Notes: a model not told the origin generated them from the sequence alone. Shown: positions 40,205 through 54,588, numbered from the stretch's first letter. The stretch is DNA of 64,000 nucleotides from Octopus vulgaris (GCA_951406725.2 OX597840.1:4526001-4590000); one strand, 5' to 3'. Translations and numbers: made by a program.

Positions 40205-40612
40205 TAGGAGTGGCTGTGTGGTAAGTAGCTTGCTTACCAACCACATGGTTCCGGGTTCAGTCCCACTGCGTGGCACCATGGGCAAGTGTCTTCTACTATA
40301 GCCTTGGGTCGACCAAAGCCTTGTGAGTGGATTTGGTAGACGGAAACTGAAAGAAGCCCGTCGTATATATGTATATATATATATATATGTGTGTGTGCGT
40401 GTGTGTTTGTGTGTCTGTGTTTGTCCCCTTAGCATTGCTTGACAACCGATGCTGGTGTGTTTATGTCCCCGTCACTTAGCGGTTCGGCAAAAGAGACCGA
40501 TAGAATAAGTACTGGGCTTACAAAGAATAAGTCCCGGGGTCGAGTTGCTCGACTAAAGGCGGTGCTCCAGCATGGCCGCAGTCAAATGACAGAAACAAGT
40601 AAAAGAGTAAGA
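40205..40612 (+). mobile_element. SINE family A
   Basis: Full-length copy. Confidence 0.85.
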
Positions 40613-41071
40613 GTATGCCTAGGAAACATGGGGAAACATTACTCTTCTTGAAAACAGGTGAGGGTTGGGGACAGGAAGAGCATCTGGCTATAGCCTCAAA
40701 TTGTCTAACCCAAACAGACACGGAAAAGTGTATGTTCAAATGACAGTGATGTGGCTGTGCGGTAAGAAGCTTGCTTCTCAACCATGTGGTTCTGGGTTCA
40801 GATCCACTGTGTGGAATCATGGGCAAGTGTCTCCTACAATAGCCTCGGGTTGACCAAAGTTTTGTGAGTGAATTCGATAGATGGAAACTAAAAGAAACCT
40901 GTTGTATGTATATGTGTGTTTGTGTTTATGTCCCTGTAAACTTAGTGGTTTGACAAAAGGGATTGATAGTATTAGGACCAGGCTTAAAAGAGGGGGTTTA
41001 GTCATTCAACTAAAGATGCTTCGATATGGTGCTCTAGCATGGCTGCATTCTGATGATAGAATCAAGTAAAT

Positions 41072-41705
41072 GATATATATATATATATATGTATGTATAT
41101 GTATGTATATGTATGTATATGTATGTATATGTATATATATGTATGTATATGTATGTATGTATATATATGTATATGTGTGTATATATGTATATGTGTGTAT
41201 ATATGTATATGTATATATGTATATGTATATATGTATATGTATATATGTATGTGTATATATGTATGTGTATGTGTATATATGTATGTGTGTATATATATAT
41301 ATGTATGTGTATATATATATATGTATGTGTATATATATATATGTATGTGTGTATATATATATATGTGTATATATATATATGTATGTGTGTATATATATAT
41401 ATGTATGTGTGTGTGTGTGTGTATGTGTATATATATATGTGTGTATGTATGTGTATGTGTGTATATATATATATGTATGTGTGTATATATATATATATGT
41501 ATGTGTATATGTATATGTGTATGTGTATATGTGTATGTGTATATATGTATGTGTATATATGTATGTGTATATATGTGTGTGTATATATGTATGTGTATAT
41601 ATATGTGTGTGTATATGTGTGTGTGTATATATATGTGTGTATATATATGTGTGTGTGTATATATATGTGTGTATATATATGTGTGTATATATATGTGTAT
41701 ATATA

Positions 41706-41748
<43 letters not shown>

Positions 41749-42442
41749 ATATATGTGTGTGTATATATATATATGTATGTGTATATATATATATGTATGT
41801 GTATATATATATATGTGTGTGTGTATATATATATATATGTATATATGTATGTGTGTATATATATATATGTATATATGTATATGTATATATGTATGTGTAT
41901 ATATGTATATGTGTAGATATGTATGTGTATATATATATATGTATATGTATATATGTATATGTATATATGTATGTGTATATATGTATGTGTATATATGTAT
42001 ATGTGTAGATATGTATGTGTATATATATATATGTATATGTATATATGTATATGTATATATGTATGTGTATATATGTATATGTGTATATATGTATATGTGT
42101 AGATATGTATGTGTATATATATATATGTATATGTGTATATATGTATGTGTATATATGTATGTGTATATATATATATGTATATGTGTATATATGTATGTGT
42201 ATATGTGTATATATGTATGTGTGTATATATGTATGTGTGTATATATGTATGTGTATGTGTGTGTATATATGTGTGTATATATGTATGTGTGTATATATGT
42301 GTGTGTATATATATTTTTGTGTGTATATATATATATATATGTGTGTATATGTGTATATATGTATGTGTATATATGTGTGTGTGTATATATGTGTGTGTGT
42401 ATATATGTGTATGTGTATATATGTGTGTGTGTATATATATAT
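41072..42442. repeat. (TA)/(TG) compound microsatellite
   Basis: Directly visible. Confidence 0.95.
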
Positions 42443-42709
42443 AAAAGACAGTGTACATTTAAACACATTAAGAGGTTTCCATCATAGGAATCCTTTACGC
42501 TAGAAAGAACAGCGAAAGTCCAAACCACTAATTAGGGATGAGATGGTAAATGTTTTCATTGGGAAAGAGATGGTAAATGTTTTTATTTTTCATTCCCTTT
42601 GAGAATTTATCCCTAATTAGTGGTTTGGACTTTCGCTGTTCTTTCTAGCGTAAAGGATTCCTATGATGGAAACCTCTTAATGTGTTTAAACGTACACTGT
42701 CTTTTATAT
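42439..42709. repeat. Near-perfect inverted repeat, ~100-bp arms and ~70-bp spacer
   Basis: tataaaagacagtgtac..ccactaattagggat / atccctaattagtgg..gtacactgtcttttata. Confidence 0.93.
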
Positions 42710-43011
42710 GAATAATATGTAGTCTGTTGACTAATTTTTCTATATGCTAGGTCACTGGTAGTAAAAAATTCTAAAATCTTTATTACCCTGATATTAATTA
42801 TATATATATATATAAATAAATATAAATACATACACAGACACACGTGGGTGTCTGCTGTGGCATTTTTAACGTGAATATTCTATCAGTTGTTCATAATGAC
42901 ATATTCCTAAAATATGTAACATAATATCTATATCGAAAGATATTGACACCAAAAATAGGAAATTCAAAGAAACACAATGAAAATTACATCATATAAATGT
43001 TAAGTGTGTGA

Positions 43012-43054
<43 letters not shown>

Positions 43055-43235
43055 GCATTTTCAGTGTATGTTTTGTTTACACATGTTTATATGTGTGTGT
43101 GTAGCCGAAATTGCTAGGATGATCCGGTTCTTGACTGAAGATTGAAGGCTTCGAATGTCCCGTCCGTGTTTTTTGTATCGTCTTCTAAGTGTTTTGCGTT
43201 CTTGTCCCAGTTTGTATTTTTCTACATATAATAAT

Positions 43236-43275
<40 letters not shown>

Positions 43276-43376
43276 CAAGAACGCAAAACATCCAAATAGA
43301 CGATACAAAAAACACGGACCGGTCATTTGGAGCCTTTAATCTTCAGTCAAGAACTGCATCATCCTCGCAATTTTGG

Positions 43377-43419
<43 letters not shown>

Positions 43420-43424
<5 letters not shown>

Positions 43425-46400
43425 GTTTGTATATAGGGGGAAAATTCACAAAAAGAAAACAAGATGAAGACAGGTTTGAGCCTATGCTCTTCCACAGAAA
43501 AGAACACAGAAAGAAACAGGGAGAGAGAAGAAGAGAATGTGTGGTACTAGCGATCTATCATGGCGAATGCTGGACAGAGGGGTCACACAGGAGAGCTAGG
43601 AGGAAGGGGAGATAATAAAGTAGTGGTGATCCCAAAACGAATATGCGCATGTGTGTGTACGAGTGTGTATGTACATGTGGAAGAAGGCTGGTCACCTTGA
43701 CGTGTGTGTATGTGTTGGTGTGTGTATGTGTTGGTGTGTGGATGGTGGTATGGGTGCTAGGAAGTGGTCAGTGCTAGTGTGTTCATGGTGGTGTGATGTG
43801 TGGTGGTGTTGGGATGTGGGGGAGGCAAGGGTGGTGTGTGGGTTAGGTTGAGGGTGGGGTATGTGAGAGTGGGTGTAAGGGATGGGATGGATAGTGAAGG
43901 TGGGATTGGATTGTATAGGAGTGGGGTTACGAGGTAGGAGTGAGTGTGAAGGAAGAGGGGGAAGGGAGAAGGTGGGTAGGAGTGAAGAGAAGTAGGAGTC
44001 AGAGCAAGAGAGGTGGGTGAGAGGAAGTAGGTGTGAGTGGAGGAGGGGAAGAGGGTTAGATGAAGAAGGGAGGAGAGTTGAGCCCATGTAGTGCAAAGGA
44101 GCAAAGAGAGAAGCTTAATCCCTGCGAAGACAGGAGTCCGGATGGCCCGTGTGCAAGGACAATTCGAACACAGACATGTGTTGCAAAGAATGACCGGTAG
44201 AGTGGAAATGGGTGAAACCAGGGTGTCATTGCTGAGTTGGATGTCTCAGAAGTGTTCCGCAAACCGGTCAGCCAAGCGGCGTCCCGTTTGACCGATGTAT
44301 AGAGAAAAGCAGAGAGAGCAGGAGATGCAGTAGATGACATTGCTAGAAGTGCAAGTGAAAGAGTCAGTGATGTGATAGGGTCAGTGATGGGTGCCGGTGA
44401 GGAGGATGGTGTTGGAGAGGTAAGGGCAAGTGAGGCAGCGTGGGCGGGAGCAGGGGAACGAGACAGGTTGGGAGGTTGGGTTAGGGAAGAAGCTATGAAC
44501 CAAGAGGTCTTGTAGGTTGTGAGCTCGTTTGAGGGAGGGGAGGGTTAGGGTTAGGTAAGATGTGCAAAGTTGAGGGGTTGGACTGGAGTTGCTGGAAGGC
44601 TTGGAGAATGGTGCATTGGAGAGGTAGGTTGGTGGGGTGGTAGATGAGGGGAGACAGGTGGGTGCGGGGGGAGAGAGTAGATGTATGGTCTATGGAATGT
44701 GCTCTGGCAAAGGTGGTGAGGGGATATCCATGTAGGATGAAGTGGCGAGCCATGAGTTGAGACTGAGTCTCAGTCATGGTCATCACTGCAGAACCTGTGT
44801 AGATGGAGGAATAGGGAATAGGGGATGGAGAGCTTGGTGTGTTTAGGGTGGGAGGAGGAGAAGTTGAGGTATGAGCGTGAGTCTGTGTGTTTGTAGTGGA
44901 TTGAGGTGGTGAGAGTGGCGTGATGAATGCTGACAGAAATGTCAAGAAAGGAGACAGAAGTGTCAGACAGTGCAGGAGAAGTGGAGGGCAGGATGGAAAG
45001 ATTTGACAAAAGAGAGGAAGGAGTCGAGATGTTCGCGGGAGAGCGAGGTCGCACCGATACAGTCATCAATATAATGGCCGTATAGTTTGGGAGTGGGACC
45101 AGTGAAATTTGAGAATATTTGTGCCTCAACATAACCAACAAACAGGTTCACATAGTTGGGGTCCATTCTCTTTCCCATGGCCACTCCTGAGATCTGCTGG
45201 TAAAAATCACCCGTGAACAAGAAGCAGTTGAGTGAGAGGACAAGTTTGGCCAGACGAATGAGTGAACATGTGTCAGGTTGGGGGTTGGGTAGAAGGTCAA
45301 GGAAATGTTGGAGTGCACGCTGCCCCTCGTGGTCAGGGATCACTGTGTAAAGGCTCTGGATGTTGTGAGTGAAGAGAAGTTTAGAGGGGCCAGGTGGGAA
45401 AGAGAAAGAGTTGAACAAATGAAGCGCAAGGTTGGTGTCATAGATGTGAGAGGCGAGGGAAGCCATGGGGGTGGGTGGGTAAGGACACGGTCAAGATATC
45501 TGGAGATGAGTTTGGTGGGGTAGTTGCAGCTGGAGACGATGGGGCAGCCAGGTTTGTAGATTTTGGGGAGGAAGTAAATTGTGGGAGTGCGAGGGGTGTG
45601 AACAGTAAGGTTGGAGGTGGTGGTGGGGAGACGGGAGGAGGAGATGAGGTCATGGATAGTGGTGGACACTAGCTGGGCGTAGGGGCAGAGGGCAGTAGAA
45701 GGAGGTGTCTTGAAGTTAGCAGAGAGCTTCTGCCGTGTAGAGGTCTGCACGCCACACCACCATGGCTCCACCTTTGTCAGCCAGTTTTATGATGGTGTCA
45801 GTGCGGCGTCGGAGACATCGAAGGACCGAGAATTTGGCTGGGGAGATGTTCAGATGACAGGGTGCCTGCAAAATTTAAATTGGTCCACAGCGCGCAGGCA
45901 GGTACCTGCAAAAAGATCTACCGCTTGGAACTGGCCAGGAGCCGGCATCCATTGGGATGGTTGGTGGCCCAGGTCGATGAAGCAGTCCTTTTCATTAGAT
46001 GCAGGTGGAGTGTCGCGGAAAAGCACACATAGCCTGATACGGCGCACAAAGCTGTGGCTATCGGCGCAAGTCTGAAATTTGTTGCTGGATGGCGTAAAGG
46101 GGATGAAGCACAGACTCCCTACTGAGGAGGGAGTGCTCGGCCTCAGAAAGGGGAAGATCTGGAGGAATGGTAACAAAGGACCTGAAGTGGAGAAAGGATG
46201 GATGTGACAGAAGTAGGTGTGGTGGGGATGGATGGAGGTATGTGTGTGGGGGAATTGGAGGAACGGGGGGGGGGGGTTCGTGAGGGTGGGGGAGCTTATC
46301 AGGGAGGAAGAGGGGGATGGGAGGAGTCGGGGTAGTGGTATTGGGTGTGATGGAATGGAGGAGCTAATAGAGTTGACGTTTGGTGTGAGTGAGAAATTGA
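43420..46400 (-). mobile_element. Degenerate Penelope-like retroelement (RT plus GIY-YIG endonuclease)
   Basis: Frameshifted peptides TPTIYFLPKIYK, IQSLYTVIP, YQQISGVAMG, HYIDD and YLNFSSSHPKHTKLSIPYS. At about 44200-44360 (-): FTCTSSNVIYCISCSLCFSLYIGQTGRRLADRFAEH. Confidence 0.92.
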
Positions 46401-46414
46401 TGATATTACTCTTT

Positions 46415-47020
46415 TTCTCTTTTACTTGTTTCAGTCATTTGACTGTGGCCATGCTGCAGCACCACCTTTTTAGTCGAGCAAATCGACCCCAGGACTTATT
46501 CTTTGTAAGCCCAGTACTTATTCTATCGGTCTCTTTTGCTGAACCGCTAAGTTACAGGGACATAAATACACCAGCATCGCTTGTTAAGCAATGCTAGACG
46601 GACAAACACACACACACACACACACACTCAAACATATACACACACATACATATACATATATATATATAAAGTTAATCCAAACAAGAAAGCACAAAAAAAC
46701 ACAACAATGCGAGGACGAGGAACAAATATAGTATTATTGGATGCTCAGGAAAGAAGGAGGGTTTAACATTTCGAGCGGAGCTCTTTGTCGGAAACATAGA
46801 AAGAAAGATCCAGAGAAGGGAAGACAGAGGAAAAAAAATCGCCAACGGTACATATATATATACATATATACGACTGGCTTCTTTCAGTTTCCGTCTACCA
46901 AATCCACTTATAAGGCATCGGTCGGCCCGAGGCTATAGCAGAAGACACTTGCCCAAGATGCCACGCAGTGGGACTGAACCCGGAACCATGTGGTTAGTAA
47001 GCAAGCTACTTACCACACAG
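46415..47020 (-). mobile_element. SINE family A with a nested Penelope-like repeat (46668-46850)
   Basis: Tail and head of family A are separated by the insert, which sits in the central microsatellite. Confidence 0.8.
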
Positions 47021-47369
47021 TGTGCCCATGCCACCCTGGAACATGGATGTTAAATGATATGCAGGTATCTGTATATCTATAAACATACATGCATGCATAT
47101 AATTGTATAAATATGCTGGTATACATGAATATATATAAATATACACATATGTCCATATACATGTATATATACGTCTACAAATATGTATACACATGTAGAT
47201 GTGTGTAGACATGCATCTAACATATTATACACGTGTGTGATACGTTATATATCGATGTACATGCACTTTATATATATGTCTGTGTGTTTCTGTATCTGGA
47301 TGCTTACAACACGTGTTCCTATATTATCTGCATGTATGTAGAAATAAATACATACATACATATATATAT

Positions 47370-47732
47370 ATATAACGGCAGTTTGTCTGTCTGTGTGTCT
47401 GTCAGGTTGTACCCTCACCCTGACCACGGCTTTCAACCGATTCTGATGAAACTTGACACACACATAGCCCAATGTCATAATTCAAAACTAACGCAGCGAA
47501 AATTTTGAAAAGTTCCCCCAGTTCTGAAAAAAATCGATAAATTCGACATGGGGTCGAGAATCGGAAACACAAACCGCAAACTGTCTAGGGGACGCAACTC
47601 CACCTTTTTTATCTAAAAAAAAATTTACCATCATTTTTTTCCATCTTTTTGCTATTTTTTGGCTATAACTCTCTAAAAATGCTTTATAGTTATTTCCCTT
47701 ACAAACCTGAGCAACGCCGGGCGATACTGCTA

Positions 47733-47734
<2 letters not shown>
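47370..47734 (+). mobile_element. Non-autonomous Helitron-like element
   Basis: tataacggcagtttgtctgtctg start; 3' end gagcaacgccgggcgatactgCTAGt. Confidence 0.6.
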
Positions 47735-47775
<41 letters not shown>

Positions 47776-47782
<7 letters not shown>

Positions 47783-48013
47783 ACCAACCAGACCATCAGA
47801 TGTTGCTACACATCGCTGGTCACAATGTGTTCGAATGACGCCACCCCACTGGCTAAGTGAGCAGGCCAACAGAAGAAAGAGTGGTGAAAGAGTACAGCCT
47901 CGTGGAGCTTTTAGGTGTTTTCGCTCAAAAAATACACACAAAGATGTCTGGGAATCGAAACCGCGATCCTATGACCGCGAGTCCGCTGCCCTAACCACTG
48001 GGCCATTGCGCCT

Positions 48014-48017
<4 letters not shown>
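47776..48017 (-). mobile_element. SINE family D (internally deleted)
   Basis: Reverse complement of 30341-30635. Confidence 0.75.
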
Positions 48018-48074
<57 letters not shown>

Positions 48075-48075
<1 letters not shown>

Positions 48076-48383
48076 TATAGCCTCGGGCCGACCAAAGCCT
48101 TGTGAGTGGATTTGGTAGACGGAAACTGAAAGAAGCCCATCGTATATATGTATATATATGTGTGTGTGTATGTGTTTGTGCGTCTGTGTTTGTCCCCCTA
48201 GCATTGCTTGACAACCGATGCTGGTGTGTTTATGTCCCTGTCACTTAGCAGTTTGGCAAAAGAGACCGATAGAATACGTACTGGGCTTACAAAGAATAAG
48301 TCCCGGGGTCGATATGCTCGGCTAAAGGCAGTGCTCCAGCATGGCCGCAGTCAAAATGACTGAAACAAGTAAGAGTAAAAAGA

Positions 48384-48385
<2 letters not shown>
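48075..48385 (+). mobile_element. 5'-truncated SINE family A
   Basis: Family A body and tail. Confidence 0.8.
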
Positions 48386-48455
<70 letters not shown>

Positions 48456-49099
48456 TCAATATGCACTCACATATATGTATGTTTTTTTTATTTATTTAAG
48501 TTTATTATTTGCTTTTTTTTTTCTGGAGCTGTGAATATGTAAAGATATGTTTATCTGAGGTGTGACTCACCGATGAAAAATGTCACACCCACATACTCAA
48601 TACCATAGAAGCTTTACCTGTTGCTACTGTGTACCCAGAACAACAACAACAACTACAGCTATGTATAGTGTGTGAGCTAGGTGTATCTGTGTCTTGCTAG
48701 CTGTGTGTGTGTGTGTGATGTGTGGATTTCTTGGTTGAATGAAAGATATAATGCTAGGTTAAGTGTATATATTATACATACAGACGTATATATATATATA
48801 TATATGTATCTTTGTGCATGTATGTATAGGTATGTATATAGAGGTGGTGTATGTGTGTGTGTGTATATATATATATATATGCATATGCATATTTATATAT
48901 CTACGCATACACATATATGTAGATGTGTGTATATTTACATATATAAATGGGTGTATATGTGTTTAAGTATATATATATGTATTCATATATTTGTAAATAT
49001 ATTTATTTAAGTACTTGTATATTATGTATGTAGATGTATATATATGTATGTATATATATATATATATCGTAATGTATGTGTGTATATATATATTATGTA

Positions 49100-49156
<57 letters not shown>

Positions 49157-49183
49157 ATGTATATACATATATATATAGTCATG

Positions 49184-49217
<34 letters not shown>

Positions 49218-49231
49218 GTCATGTATATACA

Positions 49232-49275
<44 letters not shown>

Positions 49276-49405
49276 GTCATGTATATACGTGTGTGTGTGT
49301 ATATATATATATATATAGTCATGTATATACATGTGTGTGTGTGTATATATATAGTCATGTATATACATGTGTGTGTGTGTATATATATATGTATATACAT
49401 GTGTA

Positions 49406-49436
<31 letters not shown>

Positions 49437-49912
49437 GTATATACATGTGTGTGTGTATATATATATGTGTATATACATGTGTGTGTGTATATATATATAT
49501 ATGTATATACATGTGTGTGTGTATATATATATATATGTATATACATGTGTGTGTGTATATATATATATATGTATATACATGTGTGTGTGTATATATATAT
49601 ATGTATATACATGTGTGTGTGTGTGTGTATATATATATATGTATATACATGTGTGTGTGTGTGTATATATATATAGTCATGTATATACATGTGTGTGTGT
49701 GTATGTATATATATATATATATATATATTGTCATGCATGTACATATATATATATAGTCATGTGTGTACATATATGTATGTATGTATAGGAGAGTATTGTA
49801 GTTCGCTTGAAGCATTGTATTGTTTGTAAAGAATAAGAAGTTTTGAATGGTACAACAATGCACTATAATTAATGGACTATATACCTGTTGCAATTTAGTC
49901 ACCCATAGTCTG

Positions 49913-49949
49913 ATATGATATTTCGGAATAAAATTCCTTCTTCAGATAT
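49913..49949 (-). ncRNA. Minimal type I hammerhead ribozyme motif (canonical core)
   Basis: Minus strand: atat-CTGAAGA-A-ggaat(ttt)attcc-GAAA-ta-TC-atat. AUC cleavage triplet, palindromic minimal stem III. Confidence 0.55.
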
Positions 49950-50009
49950 TCTTAGATGGAGTCGCTGCTATGATCGGTTTTCCAACGGCTTTTCTTTTCT
50001 ATTTTATAT

Positions 50010-50690
50010 ATATAGCCATGTATGTGTATATATGTATGTATATAGCTATGTATGTATATATATATATGTATATATATAGCTATGTATGTATATATATATA
50101 TGTATATATATAGCTATGTATGTATATATATATATATGTATATATATAGCCATGTATGTATATATATATATATGTATATATATAGCCATGTATGTATATA
50201 TATATATATGTATATATATAGCCATGTATGTATATATATATATGTATATATATAGCCATGTATGTATATATATATATGTATATATATAGCCATGTATGTA
50301 TATATATATATATGTATATATATAGCCATGTATGTATATATATATATGTATATATATAGCCATGTATGTATATATATATATGTATATATATAGCCATGTA
50401 TGTATATATATATATGTATATATATAGCCATGTATGTATATATATATATGTATATATATAGCCATGTATGTATATATATATATGTATATATATAGCCATG
50501 TATGTGTATATATATATATATGTATATATATAGCCATGTATGTGTATATATATATATATGTATATATATAGCCATGTATGTATATATGTGTATATATATA
50601 TATATATAGACATGTATGTATATATGTGTATATATATATATATAGACATGTATGTATCTATGTGTATATATATATAGACATGTATGTATG
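50010..50690. repeat. ~34-bp minisatellite TAGCCATGTATG(TA)nTG(TA)n
   Basis: Directly visible; a related TAGTCATG array lies at 49152-49760. Confidence 0.9.
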
Positions 50691-50692
50691 TA

Positions 50693-50763
<71 letters not shown>

Positions 50764-50927
50764 CCGTGTATATATACTTATGTATATGTATATATGTGTG
50801 TTTATATATGTGTATATTTATGTATATATGTATATAGCTGTGTGTGTTTATGTGTGCATATATATATATATATATGATGATGATGATATATATATATACA
50901 TACATATATATATTTATATATATAGCC

Positions 50928-51935
50928 ATCATCATCATTGTTTAATGTCAGTTTTCCATGCTGGCATGGGTTGGACGATTCAACCAAGGTCTGGGAAGCC
51001 AGGAGGCTGCACCAGGCTCCAGCCTGATCTGGCAGAGTTTATACAGCTGGACGCCCTTCCTAATGCCAACAACTCCGAGAGTTTAGTGTGTGCTTTTTTT
51101 GTGCCACCAGCACAGGGACCAGAGGAGTTGCCTTCAACCACGATCAGATGGTGCTTTTTACATGCCACCGGCATGGAAGCCAGTTAAAGCGGCACTGGCA
51201 TCTGCCACGTTTGGATGGTGCTTTTTATGTGCTACCGGCACGGGGCTCACAACTATAATTTCCATTGGATTTGATTTTGATATTGCTGATGTTGATGTAC
51301 TTGACTCGGTAGGTCTCCTCCAGAATGGCATATCGCCCTACGATGACAGGTACTTTTAAGTGGGCTGGTTATGCGACACAGGTGTAAGTTACAGCTCTGG
51401 ACTCATTTTATTTGTTGGGTCTTCTCAGTCACTGCATATCTTCAGAGGTCTTGGTCTCTTGTAATTGCTTCTACGAGGCCCAATGTTTTACGGTCATGCT
51501 TTACCACCCCATCCTGTGTCTTCCTGGGACTTACTCTATCCTGGATTCCTTCCACTGTTTGGGAGTGGCACTTCTTCACACAGCTCTCCTTGTCCATCTG
51601 CAGTACAAGACCGCACTAACGCAAATGTCTCTCTTGTATGTCACGTCTGATGCTTCGATGCTTCCTATGTCTAACATTTCTCCCAGGGTGCTTAAACTCT
51701 ATTGTGTGTGCACACTGACATCACACATCCAGTGGATCTTGCTACCTTAATTTCTTTTGAGCCTACGCATGTCTTCAGCGGTCACAGCCCATGTCTCACT
51801 GCTGTGAAGCATGGTAGTTTGCTCACATGCATCATACAATCCACCTTTCACTCTGAGTGAGAGGCCCTTTGTCACCAGTAGCTTTCTGAACTTTGCCCAG
51901 GCTATTCTTATTCTAGTGGTAACACTCTCTGAGCA
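50928..51935 (-). mobile_element. 5'-truncated RTE LINE (family C)
   Basis: CSESVTTRIRIAWAKFRKLL..LYDAC..MLHSSETWAVT plus the family C 3' UTR. Confidence 0.85.
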
Positions 51936-52121
51936 TCCACACACACACACACAGAGCCATATGCATACATACATACATATATAAATATATATATATATAT
52001 GTAGGTCCCGGGTTGATTCGGGGTTAACCACAGTAAATAAGGTACTCAATACATCTTCTTCCTGAAGATTTCTCTTGAATGAAACAGTTCTAGTCCTGTA
52101 GAAGCTCCTTCTATATAATAA

Positions 52122-52176
<55 letters not shown>

Positions 52177-53062
52177 CACACATACACGTTTGTGTCTGTG
52201 TTTGTTCCTCACCACTGCTTGACTACACAACTGGTGTTGGTACGTTCATGTCCCTGTACCTTAGTGGTTCGGCAAAGCAGACTGATAGAATATGCACCTC
52301 ACTTTTAAAAAAAGTCCTTGGGTTGGTTTCTTCAACTAAAATCCTTCAAGGTGGTGCCCCAACATGACTGAAACAAGTAAAAGAATTAAAGATAATGGCA
52401 GATTTGCCATGGTGCAATTAGTGCCAATTAATTAAGACCCCTGCCCCCGCCTCCCAAATATCATTGAAAATTTGTAATTTTTCCTGTTATCATAATAATT
52501 ATTTTATACCTCTTAGTCAGGATGGAAAGCTGTGCACCATGACCCTTTACTGGCTCCATCCCCTCAACCCTCTGAGACTGGTGGCAGGGATGAAGGTTCC
52601 TTCAAATTAAAACCCCGACCTGAAGGTTTGAGACAAAGTGGACTTGGACCCTGTTAAAGGTACCCAATGTAGGTACCAGGTGGTGGCGTTACATTGGGCA
52701 AGGGATTAAGTTAACCCCCCACACACCAAGCAGGGCCTCACAGTGAGATTTGAACTTGCAATGAGTAGTGATGGAACCAACACTGCAAGGTGTCTCGTGA
52801 GGTGTTCTGATGATGCTTATTATTTTTCATTTTTTCCTGTGCCCATGCTGGGGCACTGCCTTGAAAAGTTATTGTCGAACAAGTCTACCCCAGTACTGTT
52901 TACTTTTAAGCTGATGGTTCCATTTGCTGAACCACTAAGTTACAAGGATGTAAACAAACCAAAACTGGTTGTCAAGCACACACACACACACACACGTATA
53001 CACACACACACACACGTATACACACACACACACACACACACACATACTCTCTTTACTCTTTT

Positions 53063-53352
53063 ACTAGCAGTATCGCCCGGCGTTGCTCGGGTTTGTAAGG
53101 GAAATAACTATATAAGCATTTTTCGAGAGTTACTTCCGAGCAAAAAATGCATTAAAAATGCGAAAAAATGATGGTAAATTTTTTTTTTAATCGTAGACTC
53201 ATCGTAGATGCGTGCTAATACCCAGAAGGGCTTGATATGAATCACGACTATAAGATACCCGCTTTTGGTTAAACTGTACCGCGAAATGTGGGAGTAGTTA
53301 GGAATCTAAATCGGAGGAGACAGACTCTCACACACAGTTTTATATATAAAGA
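53063..53352 (-). mobile_element. Non-autonomous Helitron-like element
   Basis: Same CTAG-containing end as 47700-47734; the reverse complement starts TC. Confidence 0.6.
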
Positions 53353-54039
53353 TATTCCCCTCTCAGTCACACACTTATTACAGCAGTCTCAGTTTTCCTC
53401 AGCTCTCTGAAAGAACTCAGAAGGCTGGGACTCCAGCTAGGCCTTTCGTGATACCCTTAAAGCCAGGAACCTTTCAGCATCCCCTCATATGTCTGAAGCG
53501 CTACATTAATGTTTAACCTTTTAGTGTTCAGATTATTCTGTCAAATGTGTGTGTGTGTGTGTGTGCTTGACAACCAGTTTTGGTTTGTTTACATCCTTGT
53601 AACTTAGTGGTTCAGCAAAAGGAACCGTCAGCTTAAAAGAAAACAGTACTGGGGTAGATTTGTTCGACAATAACCTTTGGTTGGCGTTAGGAAGGGCATC
53701 CAGCCGTAGAAACACTGCCAGATCAGACTGGGCCTGGTGCAGCCTTCTGGCTTCCCAGACCCCAGTTGAACCGTCCAACCCATGCCAGCATGGAAAGCGG
53801 ATGCTAAATGATGATGATGATGATGATGATGTGATGTTTGTTTATTTAAAATGGTTTGAATTAATCCTGGATTATCTTGTAGTTTAGAGATTTCAGTGAT
53901 GTGATTTTCAGTTTTAGAATGACATTGTAGGGCTGAAGTGAGAGGCAAGATCTGGTCAGTTTCAATATAAAATAGGTTAAATATTTTGGCCGGATATGGC
54001 CGGTTTAAATGATAAAGGGTTAAAGCCAGAAATCTGAAA

Positions 54040-54272
54040 TATTTCTTTACTACCCACAAGGGGGCTACACACAGAGGGGACAAACAAGGACAGACAAACG
54101 GATTAAGTCGATTACATCGATCCCAGTGCGTAACTGGTACTTAATTTATCGACCCTGAAAGGATGAAAGGCAAAGTCGACCTTGGCGGAATTTGAACTCA
54201 GAACTTAATGACAGATGAAATACCGCTAAGCATTCCGCCCGGCGCGCTAACGTTTCTGCCAGCTCGCTGCCT
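54040..54272 (-). mobile_element. SINE family B
   Basis: Full-length reverse-complement copy. Confidence 0.8.
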
Positions 54273-54588
54273 TTTCACTTGGAACTTTTGAGTGAGTCTG
54301 TGTCAAAGATGGGGCTGGTACAGAAACGATTGTTCCTCGTCATTTCAAGATGCAATGAAGTCTTATTTAGATCTTTTATGTTTTCTCTTTTACCTTTTAC
54401 TTGTTTCAGTCATTAGACCATGGCCATGCTGGGGTACTGCTTTGAAGAACTTTTATTTGGATGAATTGACCCCTTCCCACTGGGAAATATTTTTTCAAAG
54501 CCTGGTACTTATTCTGTTGGTCTCTCTTGCCGAACTGCTAAGTTACAGGGACGTATATACACCAACACCAGTTGTCAAGTGGTATTAG

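Noticed and set aside
48490-48570. Possible next LATS exon after a T-rich tract
   Set aside because: Weak acceptor, early stops and no similarity to the expected UBA continuation
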